Position numbers and translations under genes: made by a program. Positions 8,495 to 18,852 of a stretch of DNA of 35,782 bases are shown here, in pieces. The stretch comes from a virus. Lineage: Duplodnaviria; Heunggongvirae; Uroviricota; Caudoviricetes. The notes under the pieces were generated by a model that was not told where the DNA came from, ran no database searches, and saw nothing but the letters and a program-made list of their open reading frames with translations. Each line of letters opens with the position of its first letter. Position 1 is the stretch's first letter. The stretch lies in the IMG/VR virus record IMGVR_UViG_2651869830_000003. One strand, 5' to 3'.

Positions 8495-9529
8495 TCAGCC
8501 GTTGTCAGTGTCCAGTGAGTAGTTTTTAAAGCGGATGACCTCCTGACCGAGCCAGCCGTTTATCTCGCGGATCCTGTCCTGTAACGGGATAAGCTCATTG
8601 CGGACAAAGACCTTTGCCACTTTCTCAATATCACCCAGCGACCCGACGTTCTCCGGCTTGCCGCCCATCAACTGAAAGGGGATGCGGTGCGCGTCCAGCA
8701 GGTCAGCGGCGCTGGCTTTTTTGATATTAAAAAAATCGTCCTTCGTTGCCACTTCACTGAGCGGGATAATTTTAATGCCGTCAGCTTTCCCCTGCGGGGC
8801 ATAGAGAAACAGGTTTTTAAAGTTGTTGCGGCCTTTCGACTTCACCATGTTTTCGCGGAGCATTTCGATATCGTTGCGATCCTGCACGGCATCAGTGACG
8901 TACATGATATATCCGGCATGAGCGCCGTTTTCGTAATACTTGCGGCGGAACAGCGTGGCCGACTCATTCAGCCAGGCAGAGTTAAGGGCGCTGAGATATT
9001 CCGGCAGACCGTACAGCTCCTGATTAATATCCGGCTCCAGCAGGTGAAACACGGAGCCGGGCGCGAAAGGTGTCGGCTCGTTGAAGGACGGCACCCACCA
9101 GTAAACATCCTCCTCCACGCCACGGCGGGTATATTTTGCCGGTGAGGTTTCCAGTCTGATGACCTTACCGGTGGTGCTGTAACGCTTTTCCAGAAACGCA
9201 TTACCGAACACCAGAAAATCCAGCACAAAGCGGCTGAAATCCTGCTGGGAAAGCCACGGATGCGGGATAAATGTTGAGGCCAGAATATTACGTTTGACGT
9301 AAATCGGTGAGCTGTGATGCACGGCAGCACGCAGGCTTTTTGCCAGACCGGTAAAGCTGACCGGTGGTTCATACCATCTGCCGTTACTGATGCACTCGAC
9401 GTAATCCAGAATGTCACGGCGGTCGAGTACCGGTACCGGCTCGCCAAAGGTGAATGCTTCCATTTTCGGGGCGCTGGCGGTCATTTTTTTGGCCGCAGGT
9501 TGCGGTGTTTTCCCTTTTTTCTTGCTCAT
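8495..9529 (-). CDS. Q: Portal protein, 344 aa.
   Basis: Length equals P2 Q. Directly downstream of the terminase gene on the same strand. Confidence 0.9.
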   Translation of the reverse strand: MSKKKGKTPQPAAKKMTASAPKMEAFTFGEPVPVLDRRDILDYVECISNGRWYEPPVSFTGLAKSLRAAVHHSSPIYVKRNILASTFIPHPWLSQQDFSRFVLDFLVFGNAFLEKRYSTTGKVIRLETSPAKYTRRGVEEDVYWWVPSFNEPTPFAPGSVFHLLEPDINQELYGLPEYLSALNSAWLNESATLFRRKYYENGAHAGYIMYVTDAVQDRNDIEMLRENMVKSKGRNNFKNLFLYAPQGKADGIKIIPLSEVATKDDFFNIKKASAADLLDAHRIPFQLMGGKPENVGSLGDIEKVAKVFVRNELIPLQDRIREINGWLGQEVIRFKNYSLDTDNG

Positions 9530-11301
9530 CAGTAAAACTCCAGAATGGTGGATGTCAGCGGGGTGCTGATACCGGCGGTGAGTGGCTCATTTAACAGGGC
9601 GTGCATGGTCGCCCAGGCGAGGTCGGCGTGGCTGGCTTCCTCGCTGCGGCTGGCCTCATACGTGGCGCTGCGTCCGCTGCTGGTCATGGTCTTGCGGATA
9701 GCCATAAACGAGCTGGTGATGTCGGTGGCGCTGACGTCATATTCCAGACAGCCACGGCGGATGACGTCTTTTGCCTTGAGCACCATTGCGGTTTTCATTT
9801 CCGGCGTGTAGCGGATATCACGCGCGGCGGGATAGAACGAGCGCACGAGCTGGAACACGCCGACACCGAGGCCGGTGGCATCAATACCGATGTATTCGAC
9901 GTTGTATTTTTCGGTGAGTTTGCGGATGGATTCCGCCTGAGTGGCAAAGTCCATGCCTTTCCACTGGTGACGCTCAAGTATTCTGAATTTGCCACCGGCC
10001 ACCACCGGCGGTGCCAGCACCACGCATCCGGCACTGTCGCCACGGTGTGACGGGTCGTAACCAATCCATACCGGGCGGGAGCCGAACGGATTGGCGGCAA
10101 ACGGCGCATAGTCTTCCCATTCTTCCAGCGTGTCGACCATGCAGCGTTGCAGCTCCTCGAACGGGAACACCGACGCCTTGTCGTCAACAAATTCACACAT
10201 GAACAGGTTTTTAAAATCGTCGGCGCTGTTTTCACGTTTGAGCTGCTCAATGTCGAACAACGTGCAGCCGCCTTTCAGGGCGTCCTCAATGGTGACAATC
10301 TGCCGCCACTGACCGTCCGCACAGAGAAGCCCACCGGCAAGGGCGTTATGACTGACGTCGATTTCCACGCGTTCAGCGGCGCTGGCGCGGCCCCGGTTGA
10401 ACAGTTCACCCGACCAGAACGGGTAGGCGTCGTGCGCCAGCGTGGACGGGGTGGAGAAATAGGTCGAACGCAGGTGACTCTGTGAGGCCATACCTGATGC
10501 CACCTTACGCAGTACCTGAAAATTCGGGATCCAGAAAATCTCGTCGACGTACAGGTCGCCGTTATGGCTCTGCGCGGTGTTGGAGTTGGTGCCGAGAAAA
10601 ATCAGTTTTGCGCCGTTATTGCCCAGGACAATCGGGTCACCGGTCAGGTCAACGTCAACCAGCCGGGCAAAGGCGATGATGTATTCGCGGAACACATACG
10701 CCTGCGTTTTACTGGCCGACAGAAAAATCTGGTTATGACCGGTTTTCAGGGCGCGCAGCAGCGCCTCGCGGGAAAAATAAAACGTCGCGCCAATCTGGCG
10801 GGATTTCAGGATATCGCGGATGCGGTGCTCAAGCCCGGCGCGATACCAGTGCAACTGATATTCGAAAGACTGCTCAAAGAAAATCTGCTCCAGCTTTTCG
10901 ATGGCCTCGTCACTGAAAAAATTCTTTTTCGGTTTGCGCCGCCCGCCTTTGTTGCGGTTAGCGACGTTCGGATTAAGGTCTGCCTCGTTGCCGGTCTGAC
11001 TGTAACGGTTGACCCGTGCCAGTCGTTCAATCTGGCGTCCGAGCAGGTCAATTTCCTTGAAGTCACCGCCGGTTTTCTGCGGTTTGATGATGAGCTGGGT
11101 CAGCCGCGCTTCCAGACTCATTTCGACACGGCTGATGGGGGCAACGCTGTCCCAGCCGTCGCGCTGTTTCCAGCTCTGCACCGTCGGGCGTTTCATCTGC
11201 AACATGGCGGCAATCTGCGGCACGGAAAATCCCTGCCAGTACAGCAGCGCCGCCTGACGACGCGGGTCGTGTAAAAGAGTGGTGTCTGTGGTGATGGTCA
11301 T
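9529..11301 (-). CDS. P: Terminase large subunit (ATPase/nuclease), 590 aa.
   Basis: ATG at 11301 gives 590 aa as in P2 P (the track start at 11331 is TTG). Divergent from the O operon. Confidence 0.9.
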   Translation of the reverse strand: MTITTDTTLLHDPRRQAALLYWQGFSVPQIAAMLQMKRPTVQSWKQRDGWDSVAPISRVEMSLEARLTQLIIKPQKTGGDFKEIDLLGRQIERLARVNRYSQTGNEADLNPNVANRNKGGRRKPKKNFFSDEAIEKLEQIFFEQSFEYQLHWYRAGLEHRIRDILKSRQIGATFYFSREALLRALKTGHNQIFLSASKTQAYVFREYIIAFARLVDVDLTGDPIVLGNNGAKLIFLGTNSNTAQSHNGDLYVDEIFWIPNFQVLRKVASGMASQSHLRSTYFSTPSTLAHDAYPFWSGELFNRGRASAAERVEIDVSHNALAGGLLCADGQWRQIVTIEDALKGGCTLFDIEQLKRENSADDFKNLFMCEFVDDKASVFPFEELQRCMVDTLEEWEDYAPFAANPFGSRPVWIGYDPSHRGDSAGCVVLAPPVVAGGKFRILERHQWKGMDFATQAESIRKLTEKYNVEYIGIDATGLGVGVFQLVRSFYPAARDIRYTPEMKTAMVLKAKDVIRRGCLEYDVSATDITSSFMAIRKTMTSSGRSATYEASRSEEASHADLAWATMHALLNEPLTAGISTPLTSTILEFY

Positions 11302-11474
11302 GAATACCTCGCCGTGATGAATACACGGCAAGGCTACTGAGTCGCGCCCCGCGATTCGCTAAGGTGCTGTTGTGTCAGTGATAAGCCATCCGGGACTGAT
11401 GGCGGAGGATGCGCATCGTCGGGAAACTGATGCCGACATGTGACTCCTCTAATCACTATTCAGGACTCCTGACA

Positions 11475-12329
11475 ATGGCAAAAAAAGTCTCAAAATTCTT
11501 TCGTATCGGCGTTGAGGGTGACACCTGTGACGGGCGTGTCATCAGTGCGCAGGATATTCAGGAAATGGCCGAAACCTTTGACCCGCGAGTCTATGGTTGC
11601 CGCATTAACCTGGAACATCTGCGCGGCATCCTGCCTGACGGTATTTTTAAGCGTTATGGCGATGTGGTCGAACTGAAGGCCGAAAAGATTGACGATGATT
11701 CGGCGCTGAAAGGCAAATGGGCGCTGTTTGCGAAAATCACCCCGACCGATGACCTTATCGCGATGAACAAGGCCGCGCAGAAGGTCTATACCTCAATGGA
11801 AATTCAGCCGAACTTTGCCAATACCGGCAAATGTTATCTGGTGGGTCTGGCCGTCACCGATGACCCGGCAAGCCTCGGCACGGAATACCTGGAATTCTGC
11901 CGCACGGCAAAACACAACCCCCTGAACCGCTTCAAATTAAGCCCTGAAAACCTGATTTCAGTGGCAACGCCTGTTGAGCTGGAATTTGAAGACCTGCCTG
12001 AAACCGTGTTCACCGCCCTGACCGAAAAGGTGAAATCCATTTTTGGCCGCAAACAGGCCAGCGATGACGCCCGTCTGAATGACGTGCATGAAGCGGTGAC
12101 CGCTGTCGCTGAACATGTGCAGGAAAAACTGAGCGCCACTGAGCAGCGCCTCGCTGAGATGGAAACTGCCTTTTCCGCTCTTAAGCAGGAGGTGACTGAC
12201 AGGGCGGATGAAACCAGCCAGGCATTCACCCGCCTGAAAAACAGTCTCGACAGCACCGAAAGTCTGACCCAGCAGCGCCGCAGCAAGGCCACCGGCGGTG
12301 GCGGTGACGCCCTGATGACGAACTGCTGA
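11475..12329 (+). CDS. O: Capsid scaffolding protein, 284 aa.
   Basis: ATG at 11475 (MAKKVSKF) gives 284 aa as in P2 O. Immediately upstream of the capsid gene. Confidence 0.85.
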   Translation: MAKKVSKFFRIGVEGDTCDGRVISAQDIQEMAETFDPRVYGCRINLEHLRGILPDGIFKRYGDVVELKAEKIDDDSALKGKWALFAKITPTDDLIAMNKAAQKVYTSMEIQPNFANTGKCYLVGLAVTDDPASLGTEYLEFCRTAKHNPLNRFKLSPENLISVATPVELEFEDLPETVFTALTEKVKSIFGRKQASDDARLNDVHEAVTAVAEHVQEKLSATEQRLAEMETAFSALKQEVTDRADETSQAFTRLKNSLDSTESLTQQRRSKATGGGGDALMTNC

Positions 12330-12387
12330 CCGGCGTCAGCCAGTCCGGGCAAACCTTCACGATTAACCCTTAATTTCAGGAAAAACT

Positions 12388-13461
12388 ATGCGCCAGGAAA
12401 CCCGCTTTAAATTTAATGCCTACCTGTCCCGTGTTGCCGAACTGAACGGCATCGACGCCGGTGATGTGTCGAAAAAATTCACCGTTGAACCGTCGGTCAC
12501 CCAGACCCTGATGAACACCATGCAGGAGTCCTCTGATTTTCTGACCCGCATCAACATTGTGCCGGTCAGCGAAATGAAAGGGGAAAAAATTGGTATTGGT
12601 GTCACCGGCTCCATCGCCAGCACCACCGACACCGCCGGTGGCACCGAGCGTCAGCCGAAGGACTTCTCGAAGCTGGCGTCAAACAAGTACGAATGCGACC
12701 AGATTAACTTCGATTTTTATATCCGCTACAAAACGCTTGACCTGTGGGCGCGTTATCAGGATTTCCAGCTCCGTGTCCGTAACGCCATTATCAAACGCCA
12801 GTCCCTTGATTTAATCATGGCCGGTTTTAACGGCGTGAGGCGTGCCGAAACCTCTGACCGCAGCAGTAATCCGATGCTACAGGATGTGGCGGTCGGCTGG
12901 CTGCAGAAATACCGCAATGAAGCACCGGCGCGCGTGATGAGCAAGGTCACTGACGAGGAAGGGCATACCACCTCTGAGGTTATCCGCGTGGGTAAGGGCG
13001 GTGATTATGCCAGCCTTGATGCACTGGTGATGGATGCGACCAACAACCTGATTGAGCCGTGGTATCAGGAAGACCCTGACCTTGTGGTGATTGTGGGGCG
13101 TCAGCTACTGGCGGACAAGTATTTCCCCATCGTTAACAAAGAGCAGGACAACAGCGAAATGCTGGCCGCTGACGTCATCATCAGCCAGAAACGCATCGGT
13201 AACCTGCCGGCGGTACGCGTCCCGTACTTCCCGGCGGATGCGATGCTCATCACGAAGCTGGAAAACCTGTCCATCTACTACATGGATGACAGCCATCGCC
13301 GCGTGATTGAGGAAAACCCGAAACTCGACCGCGTGGAGAACTACGAGTCAATGAACATTGATTACGTGGTGGAAGACTACGCCGCCGGTTGCCTGGTGGA
13401 AAAAATTAAGGTCGGTGATTTCTCCACACCGGCCAGGGCGACCGCAGAGCCGGGAGCGTAA
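12388..13461 (+). CDS. N: Major capsid protein, 357 aa.
   Basis: Length and position match P2 N. Confidence 0.9.
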   Translation: MRQETRFKFNAYLSRVAELNGIDAGDVSKKFTVEPSVTQTLMNTMQESSDFLTRINIVPVSEMKGEKIGIGVTGSIASTTDTAGGTERQPKDFSKLASNKYECDQINFDFYIRYKTLDLWARYQDFQLRVRNAIIKRQSLDLIMAGFNGVRRAETSDRSSNPMLQDVAVGWLQKYRNEAPARVMSKVTDEEGHTTSEVIRVGKGGDYASLDALVMDATNNLIEPWYQEDPDLVVIVGRQLLADKYFPIVNKEQDNSEMLAADVIISQKRIGNLPAVRVPYFPADAMLITKLENLSIYYMDDSHRRVIEENPKLDRVENYESMNIDYVVEDYAAGCLVEKIKVGDFSTPARATAEPGA

Positions 13462-13464
13462 CCG

Positions 13465-14208
13465 ATGACGAGTCCCGCACAGCGCCACATGATGCGGGTC
13501 TCGGCAGCGATGACCGCGCAGCGGGAAGCCGCCCCGCTGCGACATGCAACTGTCTATGAGCAGATGCTGGTTAAGCTCGCCGCAGACCAGCGCACACTGA
13601 AAGCGATTTATTCAAAAGAGCTTAAGGCCGCGAAAAAGCGCGAACTGCTGCCGTTCTGGTTGCCGTGGGTGAACGGCGTGCTGGAGCAGGGCAAAGGTGC
13701 ACAGGATGACATTCTGATGACGGTCATGCTGTGGCGTCTGGATACCGGCGATATTGCCGGTGCGCTGGAGATTGCCCGTTATGCCCTGAAGTACGGTCTG
13801 ACCATGCCGGGTAAACACCGCCGCACCCCGCCGTACATGTTCACCGAGGAGGTGGCGCTCGCGGCCATGCGCGCTCACGCTGCCGGTGAGTCTGTGGATA
13901 CCCGCCTGCTGACGGAGACCCTTGAACTGACCGCCACGGCTGACATGCCTGATGAAGTGCGCGCAAAGCTGCACAAAATCACCGGTCTGTTTCTGCGTGA
14001 CGGTGGTGATGCCGCCGGTGCGCTGGCACACCTGCAACGTGCGACACAGCTCGACTGTCAGGCAGGCGTCAAAAAAGAGATTGAACGACTGGAGCGGGAG
14101 CTGAAACCGAAGCCGGAGCCGCAGCCAAAAGCGGCCACCCGCGCCCCGCGTAAGACCCGGAGCGTGACACCGGCAAAACGTGGACGCCCGAAAAAGAAAG
14201 CCAGTTAA
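13465..14208 (+). CDS. M: Terminase small subunit, 247 aa.
   Basis: Length and position match P2 M. Basic lysine/arginine-rich C-terminal tail. Confidence 0.85.
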   Translation: MTSPAQRHMMRVSAAMTAQREAAPLRHATVYEQMLVKLAADQRTLKAIYSKELKAAKKRELLPFWLPWVNGVLEQGKGAQDDILMTVMLWRLDTGDIAGALEIARYALKYGLTMPGKHRRTPPYMFTEEVALAAMRAHAAGESVDTRLLTETLELTATADMPDEVRAKLHKITGLFLRDGGDAAGALAHLQRATQLDCQAGVKKEIERLERELKPKPEPQPKAATRAPRKTRSVTPAKRGRPKKKAS

Positions 14209-14307
14209 CAACCGAATGCGCCCCGCGCCAGGGCGGCACGCCGGTCAGTGAGGGTGAATCACCTGACACTGCACCGGCGTCCACCGCCCGACTTTTCAGA
14301 GGTAGTC

Positions 14308-14817
14308 ATGATGACGCTGATTATTCCGCGAAAGGAGGCTCCCGTGTCCGGTGAGGGTACGGTGGTCATCCCGCAACCGGCAGGCGACGAGCCGGTGATT
14401 AAAAACACGTTCTTTTTTCCCGATATCGACCCGAAGCGCGTCCGGGAACGTATGCGCCTTGAGCAGACCGTCGCCCCCGCCCGTCTGCGTGAGGCCATCA
14501 AGTCAGGCATGGCTGAAACAAATGCGGAGCTGTACGAGTACCGCGAACAGAAAATTGCCGCCGGTTTTACGCGTCTGGCGGACGTTCCGGCGGACGACAT
14601 CGACGGTGAAAGCATCAAAGTTTTTTACTACGAGCGCGCTGTGTGTGCGATGGCGACCGCGTCGCTTTATGAGCGTTACCGCGGCGTGGATGCCAGTGCC
14701 AAGGGCGACAAGAAGGCCGACAGCATTGACAGCACCATTGATGAGCTGTGGCGGGATATGCGCTGGGCGGTGGCGCGCATCCAGGACAAGCCGCGCTGCA
14801 TCGTGAGTCAAATCTGA
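14308..14817 (+). CDS. L: Capsid completion protein, 169 aa.
   Basis: ATG at 14308 gives 169 aa as in P2 L. Confidence 0.8.
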   Translation: MMTLIIPRKEAPVSGEGTVVIPQPAGDEPVIKNTFFFPDIDPKRVRERMRLEQTVAPARLREAIKSGMAETNAELYEYREQKIAAGFTRLADVPADDIDGESIKVFYYERAVCAMATASLYERYRGVDASAKGDKKADSIDSTIDELWRDMRWAVARIQDKPRCIVSQI

Positions 14818-15020
14818 TGAAGACCTTTGCGCTACAGGGCGACACGCTCGACGCCATTTGTGTCCGGTATTACGGGCGCACTGAGGGCGTGGTTGAGACC
14901 GTGCTCGCCGCAAATCCGGGACTGGCTGAACTGGGTGCGGTGCTGCCACACGGCACCGCCGTCGAACTGCCCGACGTTCAGACCGCGCCCGTGGCTGAAA
15001 CTGTCAATCTGTGGGAGTAA
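14817..15020 (+). CDS. X: Tail protein X, 67 aa.
   Basis: ATGA stop/start overlap with L. Length equals P2 X. Confidence 0.7.
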   Translation: MKTFALQGDTLDAICVRYYGRTEGVVETVLAANPGLAELGAVLPHGTAVELPDVQTAPVAETVNLWE

Positions 15021-15023
15021 CGC

Positions 15024-15305
15024 ATGACAGCAGAAGAAAAAAGCGTCCTGTCGCTTTTCATGATTGGGGTGCTGATTGTTGTCGGCAAGGTGCTTGCCGG
15101 TGGTGAACCCATCACCCCGCGTCTGTTTATCGGGCGCATGTTGCTTGGTGGTTTTGTCTCGATGGTTGCCGGTGTTGTTCTGGTGCAGTTTCCTGACCTG
15201 TCACTGCCTGCGGTGTGCGGCATTGGCTCCATGCTGGGTATCGCCGGTTATCAGGTGATTGAGATTGCCATTCAGCGCCGCTTTAAGGGCAGGGGGAAAC
15301 CGTAA
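15024..15305 (+). CDS. Y: Holin, 93 aa.
   Basis: Small protein with hydrophobic helices immediately upstream of the endolysin gene. Length equals P2 Y. Confidence 0.75.
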   Translation: MTAEEKSVLSLFMIGVLIVVGKVLAGGEPITPRLFIGRMLLGGFVSMVAGVVLVQFPDLSLPAVCGIGSMLGIAGYQVIEIAIQRRFKGRGKP

Positions 15306-15802
15306 TGCCGGTAATTAACACACATCAGAATATCGCCGCCTTTCTCGACATGCTGGCCGTGTCCGAAGGGACGGCGAATCATCCGCTGACGAAAAACCGG
15401 GGCTATGACGTGATAGTCACCGGACTGGACGGGAAGCCGGAAATTTTCACCGACTACAGTGACCACCCGTTCGCGTATGGCCGACCGGCGAAGGTGTTTA
15501 ACCGTCGCGGTGAAAAATCCACGGCCTCCGGTCGCTATCAGCAGCTTTACCTGTTCTGGCCGCATTACCGCAAACAGCTTGCCCTGCCGGATTTCAGTCC
15601 GTTGTCACAGGACAGACTCGCCATTCAGTTGATCCGCGAACGCGGTGCACTGGATGACATCCGGGAGGGACGCATTGAGCGCGCCATTTCACGCTGTCGC
15701 AATATCTGGGCGTCCCTGCCGGGTGCCGGTTACGGTCAGCGTGAGCATTCACTGGAAAAACTGGTCACCGTCTGGCGTACCGCTGGCGGCGTACCGGCTT
15801 AA
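15305..15802 (+). CDS. K: Endolysin (lysozyme family), 165 aa.
   Basis: Length and position match P2 K. Conserved LAVSEGT region typical of phage lysozymes. Confidence 0.8.
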   Translation: MPVINTHQNIAAFLDMLAVSEGTANHPLTKNRGYDVIVTGLDGKPEIFTDYSDHPFAYGRPAKVFNRRGEKSTASGRYQQLYLFWPHYRKQLALPDFSPLSQDRLAIQLIRERGALDDIREGRIERAISRCRNIWASLPGAGYGQREHSLEKLVTVWRTAGGVPA

Positions 15803-15816
15803 ACGGAGTAAACACC

Positions 15817-16242
15817 ATGAAGAAATTATCCCTTTCACTGATGCTGAACGTGTCGCTGGCGCTGATGCTGGCACTGTCCCTGATTTACCCGCAGAGCGTG
15901 GCCGTCAGTTTTGTCGCTGCCTGGGCGATTCTGGTGACGGTTATCTGTGTGGTTGCCGGTGGTGTCGGCGTGTATGCCACTGAGTATGTGCTGGAACGCT
16001 ACGGGCGGGAGCTGCCGCCGGAATCGCTGGCCGTGAAGATTGTCACGTCGCTGTTTTTGCAGCCGGTGCCGTGGCGCAGACGGGCGGCGGCTCTGGTAGT
16101 GGTGGTGGCGACGTTTATCTCGCTGGTCGCTGCCGGGTGGATTTTTACCGCGCTGATTTATCTTGTGGTGTCGCTGTTTTTCCGGCTGATACGTAAAGCC
16201 TGTCGTCAGCGTCTTGAGGGGCGGGAACTATGTCAAAGCTGA
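15817..16242 (+). CDS. lysA: Lysis regulator LysA, 141 aa, multi-pass membrane protein.
   Basis: Several hydrophobic helices. Length and position match P2 lysA. Confidence 0.7.
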   Translation: MKKLSLSLMLNVSLALMLALSLIYPQSVAVSFVAAWAILVTVICVVAGGVGVYATEYVLERYGRELPPESLAVKIVTSLFLQPVPWRRRAAALVVVVATFISLVAAGWIFTALIYLVVSLFFRLIRKACRQRLEGRELCQS

Positions 16243-16655
16243 TGATTGTGCTGGTCGTGTTGCTATCGCTGGCGGTGGCCGGTCTGTTTCTGGCGAAGCA
16301 TGAAAACGCCAGGCTGCGCGTCTCGCTGGACAGGGCGAACAATGTCGCCAGCGGGCAGCAGACGACCATCACCATGCTGAAAAATCAGCTTCATGTTGCG
16401 CTCACCAGGGCAGACAAAAACGAGCTGGCGCAGGTGGCACTGCGTCAGGAACTGGAGAACGCCGCGAAGCGTGAAGCACAGCGCGAGAAAACCATCACGA
16501 GGTTACTTAATGAAAACGAAGATTTTCGCCGCTGGTACGGTGCTGACCTGCCTGATGCTGTGCGCCGGTTGCACCAGCGCCCCGCCTGCACCGACGCCAG
16601 TGATTGTCGCCAACGCCTGCCCGAAAGTGAGTCTTTGCCCGATGCCGGGCAGTGA
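16230..16655 (+). CDS. lysB: LysB, inner-membrane spanin (Rz-like), 141 aa.
   Basis: N-terminal transmembrane helix followed by a charged coiled-coil region. Length equals P2 lysB. Confidence 0.7.
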   Translation: MSKLMIVLVVLLSLAVAGLFLAKHENARLRVSLDRANNVASGQQTTITMLKNQLHVALTRADKNELAQVALRQELENAAKREAQREKTITRLLNENEDFRRWYGADLPDAVRRLHQRPACTDASDCRQRLPESESLPDAGQ

Positions 16656-16800
16656 CCCGGAGACGAACGGCGATTTAAGTGCCGATATCCGGCAGCTTGA
16701 GAACGCGCTGGCACGCTGTGCCAGCCAGGTAAAAATGATTAAACACTGTCAGGACGAAAACGATGCTCAAACCCGACAGCCTGCGCAGGGCGCTGACTGA
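16510..16800 (+). CDS. lysC: LysC, outer-membrane lipoprotein spanin (Rz1-like), 96 aa, in a different frame overlapping the 3' end of lysB.
   Basis: Signal peptide with lipobox (LTCLMLCAGC), proline-rich. ATG at 16510. Confidence 0.6.
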   Translation: MKTKIFAAGTVLTCLMLCAGCTSAPPAPTPVIVANACPKVSLCPMPGSDPETNGDLSADIRQLENALARCASQVKMIKHCQDENDAQTRQPAQGAD

Positions 16801-17230
16801 TGCCGTCACGGTGCTGAAAACCAGTCCAGAGATGCTTCGGATATTCGTGGATAACGGGAGTATTGCCTCCACGCTGGCGACGTCGCTGTCGTTCGAAAAG
16901 CGTTACACGCTCAATGTGATTGTGACCGACTTTACCGGTGATTTTGACCTGCTCATCGTGCCGGTGCTGGCGTGGCTGCGGGAAAATCAGCCCGACATCA
17001 TGACCACCGACGAAGGTCAGAAAAAAGGTTTCACGTTTTATGCAGACATCAACAATGACAGCAGCTTTGATATCAGCATCAGTCTGATGCTGACCGAGCG
17101 AACGCTGGTCAGTGAGGTGGACGGCGCACTGCATGTGAAGAATATCCCGGAACCTCCGCCGCCGGAGCCGGTCACCCGCCCGGTGGAGCTTTATATCAAT
17201 GGCGAACTGGTGAGCAAGTGGGATGAATGA
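16763..17230 (+). CDS. R: Tail completion protein R, 155 aa.
   Basis: Length and position match P2 R. Confidence 0.8.
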   Translation: MLKPDSLRRALTDAVTVLKTSPEMLRIFVDNGSIASTLATSLSFEKRYTLNVIVTDFTGDFDLLIVPVLAWLRENQPDIMTTDEGQKKGFTFYADINNDSSFDISISLMLTERTLVSEVDGALHVKNIPEPPPPEPVTRPVELYINGELVSKWDE

Positions 17231-17675
17231 GTTTAAGCGTTTTGAAGACCGGCTGACCGGACTTATTGAATCGCTGTCACCGTCAGGGCGTCGGCGACTG
17301 AGCGCCGAACTGGCGAAACGTCTGCGGCAGAGTCAGCAGCGCCGGGTGATGGCACAGAAAGCCCCGGACGGCACACCCTACGCACCACGCCAGCAGCAGA
17401 GCGCCAGAAAAAAGACCGGTCGCGTTAAGCGAAAAATGTTTGCGAAACTTATCACCAGTCGTTTTTTGCATATCCGCGCCAGCCCGGAACAGGCAGCAAT
17501 GGAATTTTACGGCGGGAAGTCACCGAAAATCGCCAGTGTGCATCAGTTTGGTCTGCCGGAAGAAACCCGGAAAGACGGTAAGAAAATTGATTATCCGGCG
17601 CGTCCTCTGCTCGGCTTTACCGGTGAGGATGTGCAGATGATTGAAGAGATTATTCTGGCTCACCTGAATCGCTAG
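17223..17675 (+). CDS. S: Tail completion protein S, 150 aa.
   Basis: Length and position match P2 S. Confidence 0.8.
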   Translation: MNEFKRFEDRLTGLIESLSPSGRRRLSAELAKRLRQSQQRRVMAQKAPDGTPYAPRQQQSARKKTGRVKRKMFAKLITSRFLHIRASPEQAAMEFYGGKSPKIASVHQFGLPEETRKDGKKIDYPARPLLGFTGEDVQMIEEIILAHLNR

Positions 17676-17751
17676 CTTTATTGATCTGAGAATATAAGAA
17701 TGAAATTATTTGATTTAGTATGATTTATTTTGAATCTTTACGTTAATAAAT

Positions 17752-17777
17752 AAAAGGCCAGTTATTGGCCTTTTATC
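17752..17777. terminator. Bidirectional rho-independent terminator between S and the convergent accessory gene.
   Basis: Stem aaaaggcca/tggcctttt with loop gttat. A tract on one side and T tract on the other. Confidence 0.55.
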
Positions 17778-17778
17778 A

Positions 17779-18852
17779 TTACTTGCCATTTTTCAATGCG
17801 TTGATTAACGATGCTATTTGTTCAATACCATCAAATGTAGATGGTATCTTATCATCGGATAGCATGATGTTTGAAAATACTACGTCTTCAAATTTTGAAA
17901 GCGCTTCCGGATTGTTTTTCCTTATCTCTGAGGAATAGTCGCTATAACTCTGAATGAACTGACAAAGGCTCTTTCTGAGTTCTATTTGCATAATCTGAGT
18001 TCGTAACGATATATGATTTATCAGTACAACTCTAAAGTAATACATGAAAATCAATGTAACTGATGCAAAAGGTAGTGCTGACATAAAATATGTGGCAGCA
18101 TTTGTCGTTTCGAGAGTTGGTAATTTATGCATTCCATAGTATATCAGCGGGGAGGGAATGATTATAGCCAAGATGATAAGAATTATTCTTGATAGCATGA
18201 TTTCACTTTCTTTCTTTTTGCCAAGTGAATTAAAGCCATCAAACAATCCAACAAAATTAAATGCGACCTCATACCCTTTTAATGACTCTTTAATTGACTC
18301 TATTTTGGCATGTTGCTCCTTTAAGAAGGAGTCGCACTTTTCGAAAAATTGACGCCCTTCGTTTAAACTATCAATGTATTTTTTATATGTGTCAACATTG
18401 CTGGAGCTTAAAACTTCTTTAACCATTGCTAATGGCAGTTCTCTAAGAGAAAAGTCTATCTGTGCTCTGCTCCGCTCATCGAATTCATTATAGTTATACA
18501 GAGCAAAATCCTTGATGGTTCTTAGTGGTGAAAAGTGAGACTCTATTTCCGGAGAGAGAATGCTTGGTTCAATGATAAATCTAAAAAAGCAAGTGAATAT
18601 AAGGTTGATGCTGTTGTTATCTTCTCCCTTTTCTCTTAAGAAACTTTTAAAGGTGTCGCCAATCATAGCAATGTTGTACTGGGATTTTTTGTCCCAATCT
18701 TCAGGGTTTTCGGAAATGAAGTTTATTGCTTGAGCAATTATTTTGTTTCTGTTTGATTCAAAGTTTGTGCCGGGAGTCAGCGTGTTCAAAAAGACCAGAT
18801 AATCTTTGAACAATTCTTTCATTGTTTCTGACGAGAAAAAGTAAGTACTCAT
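17779..18852 (-). CDS. Hypothetical membrane protein with two predicted transmembrane helices in its C-terminal third; AT-rich accessory (moron) gene at the P2 orf30 site. Start uncertain: ATG at 18852 preferred over GTG at 18948.
   Basis: Strong AT-rich compositional break inside a GC-rich tail operon. Opposite strand to neighbours. Hydrophobic segments ILSRIILIILAIIIPSPLIYYG and ATYFMSALPFASVTLIFMYYFRVVLI. Confidence 0.6.
   Translation of the reverse strand: MSTYFFSSETMKELFKDYLVFLNTLTPGTNFESNRNKIIAQAINFISENPEDWDKKSQYNIAMIGDTFKSFLREKGEDNNSINLIFTCFFRFIIEPSILSPEIESHFSPLRTIKDFALYNYNEFDERSRAQIDFSLRELPLAMVKEVLSSSNVDTYKKYIDSLNEGRQFFEKCDSFLKEQHAKIESIKESLKGYEVAFNFVGLFDGFNSLGKKKESEIMLSRIILIILAIIIPSPLIYYGMHKLPTLETTNAATYFMSALPFASVTLIFMYYFRVVLINHISLRTQIMQIELRKSLCQFIQSYSDYSSEIRKNNPEALSKFEDVVFSNIMLSDDKIPSTFDGIEQIASLINALKNGK

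Noticed and set aside
11332-11474. Explicit Ogr-binding TGT-N12-ACA late promoter elements in the P/O divergent region, and likewise upstream of V and FI.
   Set aside because: I searched by eye and could not find an unambiguous dyad at the expected spacing, so I do not annotate specific late promoters although they must exist.
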